Shown piece after piece: positions 43,807-53,164 of a stretch of DNA of 64,000 bases. A model generated the notes under the pieces. That model searched no databases. It was not told the origin of the DNA and saw only the letters and a program-made list of their open reading frames with translations. Source of the DNA: Oscillospiraceae bacterium (GTDB lineage Bacteria; Bacillota; Clostridia; Oscillospirales; Oscillospiraceae); contig JAFSUG010000001.1 in the NCBI GenBank assembly GCA_017445385.1, positions 80,969 through 144,968 of the forward strand, in the 5' to 3' direction. Positions within the stretch are counted from its first letter, which is position 1, and each line of letters begins with the position of its first letter. Made by a program: the position numbers and the translations under genes.

Positions 43807-46608
43807 TTACGCAAAATCAACAGGGAATTTTGCAATTACTTCGGCGCAGCGCGGGCAGAGTCCGTCTGCATTCGCCTGCGTGGAGTACATCCAGCAGCGC
43901 GGGCATTTTTCGCCCTTTGCGGCGGAAACCGAAACGGTCAGACCGGGGAAGTTTTCTCCGCTTCCTGCAATCAGAACGTCTTCGGCGTCGCCGGTCGTCA
44001 CGTCGGATACGATCAGAAGCTGCGGCAGATCCATGTCCTGAACGGCTGCAAGCGCAGCTTTCGCGGCGTCATCGTTTGCCGTGAGCGTTACGTGCGCCTC
44101 AAGCGATTTGCCGATCTTCTTATCGGCGCGCGCCAGCTCCAGAACGCCGTTTACGTCGCTGCGGAGTTTGATCGCGCTGTCCCATTTCGCCATGGCCGCA
44201 TCATCCAGCGCGTATTCGGGATACGGCTTTTCCATCGTGTTCAGCACAACGGCGCGCGGATCATCGCCTGCGCGGTGCGGCATTGCAAGCCAAATCTCAT
44301 CGCAGGTGAAGGCGAGGATCGGCGCAAAGAGTTTCGTCATCGCGTTGAGAATCAGCCAGATCGCGCTCTGCGCGCTGCGGCGGCGCAGGGAGTCTTTTCC
44401 GTCGCAGTACAGGCGGTCTTTGAGAATGTCAAAGTAGAACGAGGACAGCACAACAACGCAGAAATCGTTGACTGCGTGGGAGATCGCGTGGAATTCGTAA
44501 TCGTTGTAGGCGTCGGCTGCCTTTTCGATCAGACGGTTCAACTTCGTGATCGCCCAGCGGTCAAGCTCGGACATCTGCTCGGGCTTTACGAGCTGTTCCG
44601 GATCAAAGTCAACTAAATTATCCAGGCAGAATTTCGCCGTGTTGCGGAATTTCAGATAGGTTTGGCTGAGCTGCTTGAAAATGTCCTTCGAGCAGCGCAC
44701 GTCCGCGTGATAGTCGGCGGAGCCTGCCCACAGGCGCAGCATATCCGCGCCGAATTCCTTGAAAATCTCGTTCGGATCCATGCCGTTGCCGAGGCTCTTG
44801 TGCATGGCGCGGCCTTCGCCGTCAACCGTCCAGCCGTGCGTTAAGCATTCGCGGAACGGTGCGCCCTTGCCGAGCGCGCCTACGGCGGTCAGCAGGCTCG
44901 ACTGGAACCAGCCGCGGTACTGGTCGGCGCCCTCGATATACATATCGGCAGGCCAGAAGCCCTGGTCGCGCTGCTGCGAAGCGAAGTGCGAAGAACCGGA
45001 ATCGAACCAGCCGTCGAGCGTATCGGTTTCTTTTTCAAATGCCTTGCCGCCGCAGTGCGGGCAGGCAAAGCCGCTCGGAACGATCTCGTTTGCGTCCATT
45101 TCGAACCATGCGTTTGAGCCCTTTTCCGCAAACAGCGCGGAAACGGCGGCGATGGTTTCATCGGTGCAGACGGGCTTGCCGCAATCCTTGCAGTAGAAAA
45201 CGGGGATCGGTAGACCCCAGCGGCGCTGACGGGAAATGCACCAGTCGGCACGCTCGCGGATCATGGAGATCATGCGGTCTTTGCCCCATTCGGGCAGCCA
45301 GCGGATCTCATCGCAGGCGGCAACCGCCTGCTCCTTGAACGATTCAACCGAGCAGAACCACTGCGGCGTGGCGCGGAAGATGATCGGATGCTTGCAGCGC
45401 CAGCAGTGCGGATAGGAGTGGACGATCTCCTCCGATGCAAACAGCGCGCCGGATGCCTTCATATCGGCAAGGATGATCGGGTTCGATTCATCGGTTTTCA
45501 GTCCGGCATACTTGCCGGCATAGTCGGTGTGTCTGCCCTGATCGTCAACGGGAACAACCATATCCATGCCGTAGCGCATGCAGGTGTGGTAGTCGTCAAC
45601 GCCGAAGCCGGGCGCGGTGTGAACGCAGCCGGTGCCGGAGTCCATCGTAACGTAATCGGCAAGCACGAGGCGCGAGGTTTTCTCCAAGAACGGATGGTGC
45701 GCCAGCATATTTTCGAAGAACGCGCCTTCGTAACGCGCGAGGATCTGATAGCTCGTAAAGCCGCCGATGCCCATGACCTTTTCGCAGAGCGCTTCCGCAA
45801 CGATGTACGTTTCGTCGCAGTAGTCGGGCTTCACAAGCACATAGCTTTCGCGCGGATTGAGCGCGATGGCAAGGTTGCCGGGCAGCGTCCAGATCGTGGT
45901 CGTCCAGATCACGAAGAAGGTCTTGCGCTTGTCCGCGTTGGGGAGCTTGCCGAGATCGTCGTGCAGCGGGAACTTTACGTAAACGGTGGTACAGGGATCG
46001 TCCTGGTATTCGATCTCCGCTTCAGCCAGCGCGGTTTCATCCTTCGGGCACCAGTAAACGGGCTTCAGGCCTTTGTAAATATACCCTTTTTTGAACATTT
46101 CGCCGAAGATTTTAACTTCTTCCGCCTCAAAAGAGGGGTTCATCGTTTTATAGGGATGCGCCCAGTCGGCGTTTACGCCCATGCGCTGGAAGCCTGCCAT
46201 CTGGCGGTCGATATACGTCTGCGCAAACTCGTGGCAAGCCGAGCGGAACGCCGGAATCGGCATCGTCTTATGATTGAGCTTGTTCTTCTTGATGATGGCG
46301 GACTCAATGGGCATGCCGTGGTTGTCCCAGCCGGGGATATAGGGCGTATAGTAGCCGCGCATCGCGTAGCTGCGAACGATAAAGTCCTTGAGCGATTTAT
46401 TCAGCGCATGGCCCATGTGCAGATCGCCGTTGGAAAACGGAGGGCCGTCGTGCAGCGCGAAGCGCGGATGACCTTCGTTCTTTTTCAGAAGCTCGTTGTA
46501 AACGTCGATCTTCTGCCAGCGTTCCAGCATTTCCGGCTCGCGCTGGGGCAGCCCTGCGCGCATGGGAAAGCCGCTTTTTCCCATGTTCAAAGTCTGTTTG
46601 TATTCCAT
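43807..46608 (-). CDS. ileS: Isoleucine--tRNA ligase
   Basis: MEYKQTLNMGKSGFPMRAGLPQREPEMLERWQ...PFSNGDLHMGHALNK (HIGH)...KSLGN... (KMSKS-type), and a C-terminal Zn-binding CPRCW...CPRC. The track start at 46614 abuts AGGAGG. The ATG at 46608 has 6-nt spacing. Confidence 0.96.
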   Translation of the reverse strand: MEYKQTLNMGKSGFPMRAGLPQREPEMLERWQKIDVYNELLKKNEGHPRFALHDGPPFSNGDLHMGHALNKSLKDFIVRSYAMRGYYTPYIPGWDNHGMPIESAIIKKNKLNHKTMPIPAFRSACHEFAQTYIDRQMAGFQRMGVNADWAHPYKTMNPSFEAEEVKIFGEMFKKGYIYKGLKPVYWCPKDETALAEAEIEYQDDPCTTVYVKFPLHDDLGKLPNADKRKTFFVIWTTTIWTLPGNLAIALNPRESYVLVKPDYCDETYIVAEALCEKVMGIGGFTSYQILARYEGAFFENMLAHHPFLEKTSRLVLADYVTMDSGTGCVHTAPGFGVDDYHTCMRYGMDMVVPVDDQGRHTDYAGKYAGLKTDESNPIILADMKASGALFASEEIVHSYPHCWRCKHPIIFRATPQWFCSVESFKEQAVAACDEIRWLPEWGKDRMISMIRERADWCISRQRRWGLPIPVFYCKDCGKPVCTDETIAAVSALFAEKGSNAWFEMDANEIVPSGFACPHCGGKAFEKETDTLDGWFDSGSSHFASQQRDQGFWPADMYIEGADQYRGWFQSSLLTAVGALGKGAPFRECLTHGWTVDGEGRAMHKSLGNGMDPNEIFKEFGADMLRLWAGSADYHADVRCSKDIFKQLSQTYLKFRNTAKFCLDNLVDFDPEQLVKPEQMSELDRWAITKLNRLIEKAADAYNDYEFHAISHAVNDFCVVVLSSFYFDILKDRLYCDGKDSLRRRSAQSAIWLILNAMTKLFAPILAFTCDEIWLAMPHRAGDDPRAVVLNTMEKPYPEYALDDAAMAKWDSAIKLRSDVNGVLELARADKKIGKSLEAHVTLTANDDAAKAALAAVQDMDLPQLLIVSDVTTGDAEDVLIAGSGENFPGLTVSVSAAKGEKCPRCWMYSTQANADGLCPRCAEVIAKFPVDFA

Positions 46609-46625
46609 GTCCATCCTCCTGTTAT

Positions 46626-46895
46626 TGCAAATCGTATTTCAGCAGTAAAAACGCCTTTGTCTCATCAAGAGACAAAGGCGTTTGAATCCTCTGCGGTACC
46701 ACTCTCGTTGCCATTCGGCCACTCTGGACGGGGTAACGGCCGTCAGTCGGGCGCGCTTAATGGGCGTTTGCCGTTCAGCTGCCTGCTCCGAGGTGATCTT
46801 CCGGAAAGCTCCGCCGCCGCCTTACACCAGCCGCCGGCTCTCTGAATGCGTTGCGTTCCGTACTCGTCCTCATCTGCGCATCTTGCGATATTGCA
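46626..46895 (-). promoter_or_regulatory. T-box riboswitch leader (Ile specifier AUC) controlling ileS
   Basis: On the reverse strand: stem I AGAGAGCCGGCGGCTGGTG. The specifier context is GGAAG-ATC-A (codon at 46795-46797). The T-box sequence is AACGAGAGTGGTACCGCAGAGG (46689-46710). The terminator AACGCCTTTGTCTCttgatGAGACAAAGGCGTT plus TTTT is at 46646-46684. Confidence 0.88.
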
Positions 46896-46898
46896 GTT

Positions 46899-46927
46899 AT
46901 TTTACTCCGAAGCGGAGCATTTGTCAA
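46899..46927 (-). promoter_or_regulatory. Sigma-A-type promoter of the ileS T-box leader
   Basis: On the reverse strand: TTGACA (46922-46927), 17 nt spacer, TAAAAT (46899-46904). It overlaps the divIVA stop. Confidence 0.6.
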
Positions 46928-47589
46928 TCTGTGGGATTCGTGGGGTCGTAATTCTTGCCGAACTGCAGGTTTTCAAACAGGCGCGTTGCGCTCTCGGGAT
47001 GATTGACCTGCTCCGGCTCGGCTGCCGGCTCATCATCCGTCAGACCCATTTTCGAAAGGCTCTCGTCGATTGCGCCGGCGATCTCCGCCTCTCTGGAGGG
47101 CTCGTGCTGCTCATAGTCGTAGGGCTTTTCGCGCTTCGGCTCCAGCTCCTCCGCCATGTCGCGCGTTTTCAGCGAATCCAGCAGCTCCAGATGCACGCGG
47201 ATATCGCGCTCAAGCACCTCGATAAAATTCTGCGCCGCCTGCTGCGCAAGCTCCAGCCGCTTTTCCTCCTCGCGTACCTGCGCATCGCTGCTGTGGGACT
47301 TTGCGTCCTGCAGCATCCGGTCGCATTTTTCGCGCGTTTCGCGGAGCATTTCCTCGCGCTCTTTGCGGAGCGACTGCTCGTTATCGGGTCGGCTGTCAAC
47401 CTTTTCCTTGTATGCCTCCAGCGTTTTTACAAGCACGCGGAGCTTATTCTTCAGCGCGGCGTTTTCCTTGTAAAGATCGCCGTAATCCTTGGTGAGCGAT
47501 TCCAGAAATTCGTCCACCATCTGCATATCGTAGCCGCCGAATACGGCTTTCGTGAAGGTTTTTTCCTGAACTTCCTGCGGTGTAAACAT
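46924..47589 (-). CDS. divIVA: DivIVA domain-containing cell-division protein
   Basis: MFTPQEVQEKTFTKAVFGGYDMQMVDEFLESLTKDYGDLYKENAALKNKL... is the canonical DivIVA N-terminus plus coiled coil. Confidence 0.9.
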   Translation of the reverse strand: MFTPQEVQEKTFTKAVFGGYDMQMVDEFLESLTKDYGDLYKENAALKNKLRVLVKTLEAYKEKVDSRPDNEQSLRKEREEMLRETREKCDRMLQDAKSHSSDAQVREEEKRLELAQQAAQNFIEVLERDIRVHLELLDSLKTRDMAEELEPKREKPYDYEQHEPSREAEIAGAIDESLSKMGLTDDEPAAEPEQVNHPESATRLFENLQFGKNYDPTNPTD

Positions 47590-47606
47590 CTATCTTTCCC
47601 TCCGCC

Positions 47607-48083
47607 TTACAGGTAAACGCCGTTGTTTTCCAGCTCGTCGATCACGTCGCCGACGATGTCAACGTTATAGGGCGTGATGAGGTAGGTGGAAACCGCGATC
47701 TTTTTGATCTTGCCGTCCAGCGCGTAGGCGCAGCCGGAGAGGAAGTCAACGAGTCTGCGCGCAATATCCTTGTTGGTTGCCTCTAAATTCAGCACAACCG
47801 CGTGCTTGCTGCGCAGATGGTCGGCGATTTCGGAAACCATATCGAAGCGGTCCGGCTTCGCAAGTACAACCTGCATTTGCGCGGTCGCGTTGATGTTTAC
47901 AACCTTTGCGCTGCCGCGGCGGCGCTCAACGGGCTGATCCAAATCCACGTCGGGATTGAAGGCAGGGCGCTTCGCCGACGCGCGGGAAGCCGGTTCTTCC
48001 TCTTCAAAATCGTCAAATACGTCCTCATCCTCCGCGTAGGGACGGGTGAGTTTTTTCAGCTCGTCCATAAAGCCCATAGCCAT
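47607..48083 (-). CDS. sepF: Cell division protein SepF
   Basis: 158 aa. ...VVLAKPDRFDMVSEIADHLRSKHAVVLNLEATNKDIARRLVDFLSGCAYALDGKIKKIAVSTYLITPYNVDI. Confidence 0.92.
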   Translation of the reverse strand: MAMGFMDELKKLTRPYAEDEDVFDDFEEEEPASRASAKRPAFNPDVDLDQPVERRRGSAKVVNINATAQMQVVLAKPDRFDMVSEIADHLRSKHAVVLNLEATNKDIARRLVDFLSGCAYALDGKIKKIAVSTYLITPYNVDIVGDVIDELENNGVYL

Positions 48084-48119
48084 ATCCTCCCAAACTTTAT
48101 ATAATTTTTATTTTAATTT

Positions 48120-48821
48120 TTATTTTTTAGAATAGTCTCTCGCGCCGAAAATTGCCGTTCCGACGCGGATCATGGTGCTGCCCTCCGCGATCGCGTCGGC
48201 AAAGTCGCCGCTCATGCCCATCGAAAGGTGCTCCATAGTCACATTATCGTATTTTTTGGCAGCAATGTCAACACTGAGCGCGCGCATATCGGCAAAAAAT
48301 CTTCTGTTTGCGCCGGGATGCTCCGAGATGGGCGGAATTGCCATCAGTCCGCGCAGGCGGACGTGCGGATAGCGCGCCATGTTCGCGGCGGTTTCCATCG
48401 CCTGCGCCGGCGTGAAGCCGGATTTCGATTCCTCCGCGCCGATGTTGACCTCCAGCAGAATATCCTGCGTTACGCCTTTTTTGACCGCCTCTTTTTCGAT
48501 TGCCTCCAGCAGCTCCGTGCGGTCAACCGATTGGATCAGGTCAACCGTGCCGACGAGGTACTTGACCTTGTTCGTTTGCAAATGCCCGATGAAGTGGAGC
48601 GGCTTTCCCTCGTAGGCGCCCTGCGGCAGCTTCGCCGTCAGCTCCTGCACGCGGTTTTCTCCGCAGCAGTCCACGCCTGCCGCAACCGCTTCTTTTACGC
48701 GCTCGGCGTCGTTCATTTTCGTTGCCGCGCAAAGCGCGATTTCGTTTGCGTTTCGCCCTGCCGCCTCGGCTGCCTCCGCCATTTGGCGGCGAATCTCCCG
48801 GACGTTTTCCGCGATGCTCAT
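48120..48821 (-). CDS. yggS: YggS/YlmE-family pyridoxal-phosphate homeostasis protein
   Basis: 233 aa. ...LCAATKMNDAERV...HFIGHLQTNKVKYLV...LMAIPP...LSMGMSGDFADAIAEGSTMIRVGTAIFG. Confidence 0.92.
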   Translation of the reverse strand: MSIAENVREIRRQMAEAAEAAGRNANEIALCAATKMNDAERVKEAVAAGVDCCGENRVQELTAKLPQGAYEGKPLHFIGHLQTNKVKYLVGTVDLIQSVDRTELLEAIEKEAVKKGVTQDILLEVNIGAEESKSGFTPAQAMETAANMARYPHVRLRGLMAIPPISEHPGANRRFFADMRALSVDIAAKKYDNVTMEHLSMGMSGDFADAIAEGSTMIRVGTAIFGARDYSKK

Positions 48822-50086
48822 TGTAATACGACCTTTCCGCTGTAAATATCTTTTTCGTCTAAAATGATCGCGTCGCCCGGCCAGAGATTGGAGGTGCTGG
48901 TGCGATCGAGCGTGACGATATACGTTTCGCCGTTATCGTAGAGAATCTCAATCGGCTTAAAGCGCACGCTCGTATTCTCTAAGATGTAAACGCCCGTTTC
49001 GCCGTCAATTACGCGGACGGCTTCTTTCGGAACGCGCAGCCCCGAATAGGTTGCAAACACGAGGTTTGCGCTCTGCCAGCGCAGCATCGTCACGTCCCGC
49101 AGATAGCGGTTGCAGGAGAGCACAAGCACGCTTTTGCCGTTTTCGTCGGGACTGACGTGCGAAACGGTCATCTGTATTTCGCCGTTGAGATCGTGCGCGA
49201 ACGTTACGCCTACGCGGTCGCCCGTATGTACGCTCTGCAAATCGCTTGAATCAACCGCCGTTACGTAGTACCAGGTGTCGCCGATGATCAGCTTGCCGAG
49301 CGCGCCTGCCGGCTGCGCAAGCGGCGTAACGGCGGCAAGCTCCGATGGCGCGAGCGATTCCAGCCGCTCGGGCGTTAAAACCGTTTCATAGCCGTCCACA
49401 ACGCCGGAAAAATAGCCGGAGGAGGTGGCGTAGATATTTTGCGTGTCCGCGCCGGACTGCGCTTGCAGGTCGGCAATCTCGTGCTTCAGCGCGTCAATGC
49501 GCGTGCGGATCTCGGCAAGCGTCTGCGCATCCGAACCCGCGCGCAGAACCATGCCCTTCAGCTTCGGCGCAAGCTCTGAAACGGTGGCAGTATCGCCGCG
49601 TCCGAGCGCGATTGCCGCGGAAACGAGCCGCTCGCGGATCGCAACGTCCAGCGCCGCGCTCTCATAGCCCGCGGCGTCTTCGCCGGCGTATTCCAGCTGC
49701 TGCAAAAGCTGCCGGTTTTTGGCGATCTGCGTCTGCCGCTGCTGCGCCTCGGCAGTTGTGTAGCCCATGGCAACGATCTGCCCGGCGCCGGCTTTTTGCC
49801 CTTCGGCAAGCGCAAGCGACGTGATCGCGCTGTCGGATGCCAGAACAACCTCTTTGCGAACGAGATAGCCGGAGGAATACAGCCCAACGCCCGATTCATA
49901 CTGCACCGCGGCAACCGTGCGCAGCGGTACGTCGAGCTGCCGGAACAGCCCCGAAAAAACGTAGAGCAGCAGCGTTGCGGCGATCAGAAGGATCGCAAAT
50001 CCAATATAAAGCGTGCCGCGCTTGCGGAAGGAAATCTGGCGCAAAAGGGAAGAGAGCGGCTTGCGTTGTTTTTTCTCGCGGTTCAT
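48818..50086 (-). CDS. HlyD-like membrane-fusion-type protein (N-terminal TM anchor, coiled coil, beta-barrel C-terminus)
   Basis: 422 aa. The TM anchor is GTLYIGFAILLIAATLLLYVF. The coiled-coil segments are (QQRQTQIAKNRQLLQQLEY, IRTRIDALKHEIADLQAQ). The family call is by architecture only. Confidence 0.65.
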   Translation of the reverse strand: MNREKKQRKPLSSLLRQISFRKRGTLYIGFAILLIAATLLLYVFSGLFRQLDVPLRTVAAVQYESGVGLYSSGYLVRKEVVLASDSAITSLALAEGQKAGAGQIVAMGYTTAEAQQRQTQIAKNRQLLQQLEYAGEDAAGYESAALDVAIRERLVSAAIALGRGDTATVSELAPKLKGMVLRAGSDAQTLAEIRTRIDALKHEIADLQAQSGADTQNIYATSSGYFSGVVDGYETVLTPERLESLAPSELAAVTPLAQPAGALGKLIIGDTWYYVTAVDSSDLQSVHTGDRVGVTFAHDLNGEIQMTVSHVSPDENGKSVLVLSCNRYLRDVTMLRWQSANLVFATYSGLRVPKEAVRVIDGETGVYILENTSVRFKPIEILYDNGETYIVTLDRTSTSNLWPGDAIILDEKDIYSGKVVLQ

Positions 50087-50113
50087 AGGCGGGACCCCTT
50101 CTCCCGCCGAAAA

Positions 50114-50323
50114 TCAGTCGAGATGACCGGCGGGGATAATCGTAGAGATTGCGTGCTTGTAGATCATTTCCGTTTTGCCGTCGGCATTCACCGTAACCAC
50201 GAACGGGTCAAACCCGGTGATGACGCAGCGGATCTGAAAACCGTTCATCAGAAAAACGGTTGCTGCCATGCGCTCCTTGCGCAGACGGTTGAGAAATTGG
50301 TCCTGTAACGTTTCTGTTTGCAT
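50114..50323 (-). CDS. hfq: RNA chaperone Hfq
   Basis: 69 aa. LQDQFLNRLRKERMAATVFLMNGFQIRCVITGFDPFVVTVNADGKTEMIYKHAISTI covers the Sm1/Sm2 motifs. Confidence 0.95.
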   Translation of the reverse strand: MQTETLQDQFLNRLRKERMAATVFLMNGFQIRCVITGFDPFVVTVNADGKTEMIYKHAISTIIPAGHLD

Positions 50324-50360
50324 GAGTATTACTCCTTTTCTTTGTAATACTCACAGTGTA

Positions 50361-51305
50361 TCATTCGTGATCGCCGAAAGCTGTCAAATGCTGTCGCGCA
50401 AGGGAGAGCACTGCGGAAAAATCCGCGTTTTTCGTTCGGTCGATCCAAAAAACGGCTTCGTTTCTGCGAAACCAAGTCAGCTGCCGCTTTGCGTAGCGGC
50501 GCGAGCCGAGCTTGATCTGCGCGGCGGCGTCTTCCATCGTGATTTCGCCGCGCAGCGCGGCGGCAAGCTCCTTATAGCCGATTGCCTGCATTGCGGTGGC
50601 GTCGGGGGAGATGCCTTGCGCCAAAAGTTGCCGCACCTCGTTTTCCAAGCCGAGGCGCATCATTTCATCCACGCGCGCGTCAATCCGCGCGTAAAGCTCC
50701 GCGCGGTCGGAATACGTCAGTCCGATCCATGCTGCGCGGTACTTCGGCGGAAGGAGCTTCGTTTTGCGGTCGTGCTCGGTGATCGTTTCGCCCGTCTGGC
50801 GGAAAATCTCCAGCGCGCGCACGATCCGCTTGCGATCCGCAGGATGCAGCCGCGCTGCGGCAGCCGGATCGATCTGCGAAAGCTGCTGCAGCATCGCCTC
50901 CGCGCCGCGCGCGTCAAACTCCGCCTCAATCGCTTCGCGGATGCCGTCCGCCGGATGCGGCGCAAACGCGCGTCCGGAAATCAGCGCGTCCATGTAAAGT
51001 CCAGTGCCGCCGCATACGATCGCGGTTTTCCTGCGTCGCAGAATATCCTGCAAAATCGGATCCGCCATCGCTGCGTACTTTCCGGCGGAAAAAGCCTCGT
51101 CGGGATCGGCAACGGAGAGCATATGGTGGGGGATACCCTGCATCTCCGCGTCCGTCGGCTTCGCCGTGCCGACATCCATGCCGCGGTAGATCTGCATGGA
51201 ATCGCAGGAGATTACCTCGCCGTCCAGCGCCTTCGCAAGCGCAACCGAAAGCGCCGTCTTGCCCGATGCGGTCGGGCCGACAACGCAGATAACGCCGCCG
51301 CTCAT
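50361..51305 (-). CDS. miaA: tRNA dimethylallyltransferase
   Basis: 314 aa. The P-loop is VVGPTASGKT. ...DSMQIYRGMDVGTAKP... is present. It sits in the mutL-miaA-hfq order. Confidence 0.95.
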   Translation of the reverse strand: MSGGVICVVGPTASGKTALSVALAKALDGEVISCDSMQIYRGMDVGTAKPTDAEMQGIPHHMLSVADPDEAFSAGKYAAMADPILQDILRRRKTAIVCGGTGLYMDALISGRAFAPHPADGIREAIEAEFDARGAEAMLQQLSQIDPAAAARLHPADRKRIVRALEIFRQTGETITEHDRKTKLLPPKYRAAWIGLTYSDRAELYARIDARVDEMMRLGLENEVRQLLAQGISPDATAMQAIGYKELAAALRGEITMEDAAAQIKLGSRRYAKRQLTWFRRNEAVFWIDRTKNADFSAVLSLARQHLTAFGDHE

Positions 51306-53140
51306 GCGCGTCCGAACTGCTGCTCCAACGCGGACTTCGTCAGCTTGATGCAGATCGGCCGTCCGTGCGGGCAGTATTTCAGATCGTCGCGGCTGAAAAC
51401 CTCGTCAACAAGCTTCTGCCGCTCAAGCGGATCGGTGTGCCAGCCGGCTTTGATCGCCGCTTTGCAGGCAACCGTGTGCAGCAGATTATCGCGCAGATCC
51501 TCCGCGCGCAGATGCTTGCCTGCAAGCAGATCCGCCGCCGCTTCGCTGAGCGCCGCCTGCGCCTGCTCGGGATCGAGATCGGCAGGAATGCCGCGGATCA
51601 GAACCGTATCGTCGCCGAAGTCCTCCAGCTCAAAGCCGAAGGTTTCAAGCAGCGCAAGGTTTTCCAGCGCGGCGGATGCTTCTTCCGGCGTCAGCGATGC
51701 GCTCACCGGCGCAAGCAGCGTCTGTATGGCGATCGGCTGCTGCTGCGCTTTGTATTTTTCAAATAAGATGCGCTCGTGGGCGGCGTGCTTGTCCATAAAA
51801 TAAACGTCCTCGCCCTGCTCCACGATGATATACGTGCTCAGCACTTCACCGATGATGCGCCAAGGCGCGTCATCGGGCTGCTTCGTTTCTTTCGGCGGCT
51901 CCGGCTGCGGCGCATGGGAAACGGGCAGGGGAAGCTCCACCTGATCCGCAACGATCTGCTCGTCTTTCTGCAAAACCGTTTTTGCTACGGCAGGCGAAGC
52001 GGTCACGGCATTTTTGCCGAGCTGCTGTAAAAACGCCTTGTAGTCCGCTGCGTTCATCGTGCGGTAAAAATCCTTTTTCGGCGCGGGCGCAGCGGTTTGC
52101 TGCGGCTGGGGGATCGGCTGCTGCTGCGGCAAACGCGCTTCTATCTTGCCGGGCGTCTGGCGCAGCGCGGCTTCCACGCCGTAGCGCACGCAGTCGAATA
52201 TATCGCGCTCGGAGAGGAATTTCACTTCCGTTTTCGCCGGATGCACGTTTACGTCTACGGTGTCTTCCGGAACCGTCAGCATCAGCACGCAGCCGGGGAA
52301 CCTGCCAACCATGATCTGATTGCGGTACGCTTCTTCCAGCGCGCTCGTCAGCAGCCGCGATTTTACGCATCTGCCGTTCACAAAGAAGAGCTGATGGCTG
52401 CGGTTTCCGTGCGATTCGGTCGGGCGCGTTACAAAGCCGGAGATCGCAAAACGATCCCATGTGCCGTGCACTTCGGAAAGCCCCTGGGCAAACTGCCGCC
52501 CCAAAACCTGATAGATCGCTGCGCACAGATCGCCGCTGCCGTCGGTCGAGAGCGCTTGCTGCCCGTCCTTGAAAAAGCGCAGCGCGATCTCCGGATGCGC
52601 AAGCGCCTGCTGCTGCACCGCGCCGAGTACGGCGGATGCCTCAACGCTGTCGCGCTTCATAAATTTCATTCGCGCCGGCGTATTGTAAAACAGGTCGCGC
52701 ACAAGGATCGTCGTTCCGTTCGGGCAGCCGGTCTCCTCGTGCAGGCGGACAGCGCCGCCGTCCAGCAAAAGGCGCGTGCCTATCTCGGCGTCCGCTGTTT
52801 TCGTAAGCAGTTCAATGCGGCTGACTGCCGCCGTCGCCGCAAGCGCTTCGCCGCGGAAGCCGAGCGTTCGGATATGCTCCAGATCGCCGGCATCGCGGAT
52901 CTTGCTTGTTGCGTGGCGCAAAAAAGCCGTTTCCGCATCGCCGTCGGCAATGCCGCAGCCATCGTCGCTCACGCGGATCAGCGTCATGCCGCCGTTTTCA
53001 ATCGCAACGTCAATCCGGCTGCTGCCGGCGTCAATCGCGTTTTCAAGCAGCTCTTTTACGACCGATGCAGGCCGCTCAACCACTTCGCCTGCCGCGATCA
53101 TATCGGCAACGTGAGCGGAAAGCTGTAAAATTTTCGGCAT
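51302..53140 (-). CDS. mutL: DNA mismatch repair protein MutL
   Basis: 612 aa. MPKILQLSAHVADMIAAGEVVERPASVVKELLENAIDAG...VSDDGCGI...TLGFRGEAL. Confidence 0.96.
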   Translation of the reverse strand: MPKILQLSAHVADMIAAGEVVERPASVVKELLENAIDAGSSRIDVAIENGGMTLIRVSDDGCGIADGDAETAFLRHATSKIRDAGDLEHIRTLGFRGEALAATAAVSRIELLTKTADAEIGTRLLLDGGAVRLHEETGCPNGTTILVRDLFYNTPARMKFMKRDSVEASAVLGAVQQQALAHPEIALRFFKDGQQALSTDGSGDLCAAIYQVLGRQFAQGLSEVHGTWDRFAISGFVTRPTESHGNRSHQLFFVNGRCVKSRLLTSALEEAYRNQIMVGRFPGCVLMLTVPEDTVDVNVHPAKTEVKFLSERDIFDCVRYGVEAALRQTPGKIEARLPQQQPIPQPQQTAAPAPKKDFYRTMNAADYKAFLQQLGKNAVTASPAVAKTVLQKDEQIVADQVELPLPVSHAPQPEPPKETKQPDDAPWRIIGEVLSTYIIVEQGEDVYFMDKHAAHERILFEKYKAQQQPIAIQTLLAPVSASLTPEEASAALENLALLETFGFELEDFGDDTVLIRGIPADLDPEQAQAALSEAAADLLAGKHLRAEDLRDNLLHTVACKAAIKAGWHTDPLERQKLVDEVFSRDDLKYCPHGRPICIKLTKSALEQQFGRA

Positions 53141-53164
53141 CTTCTGCGCCTCCTTTCGGATGTG

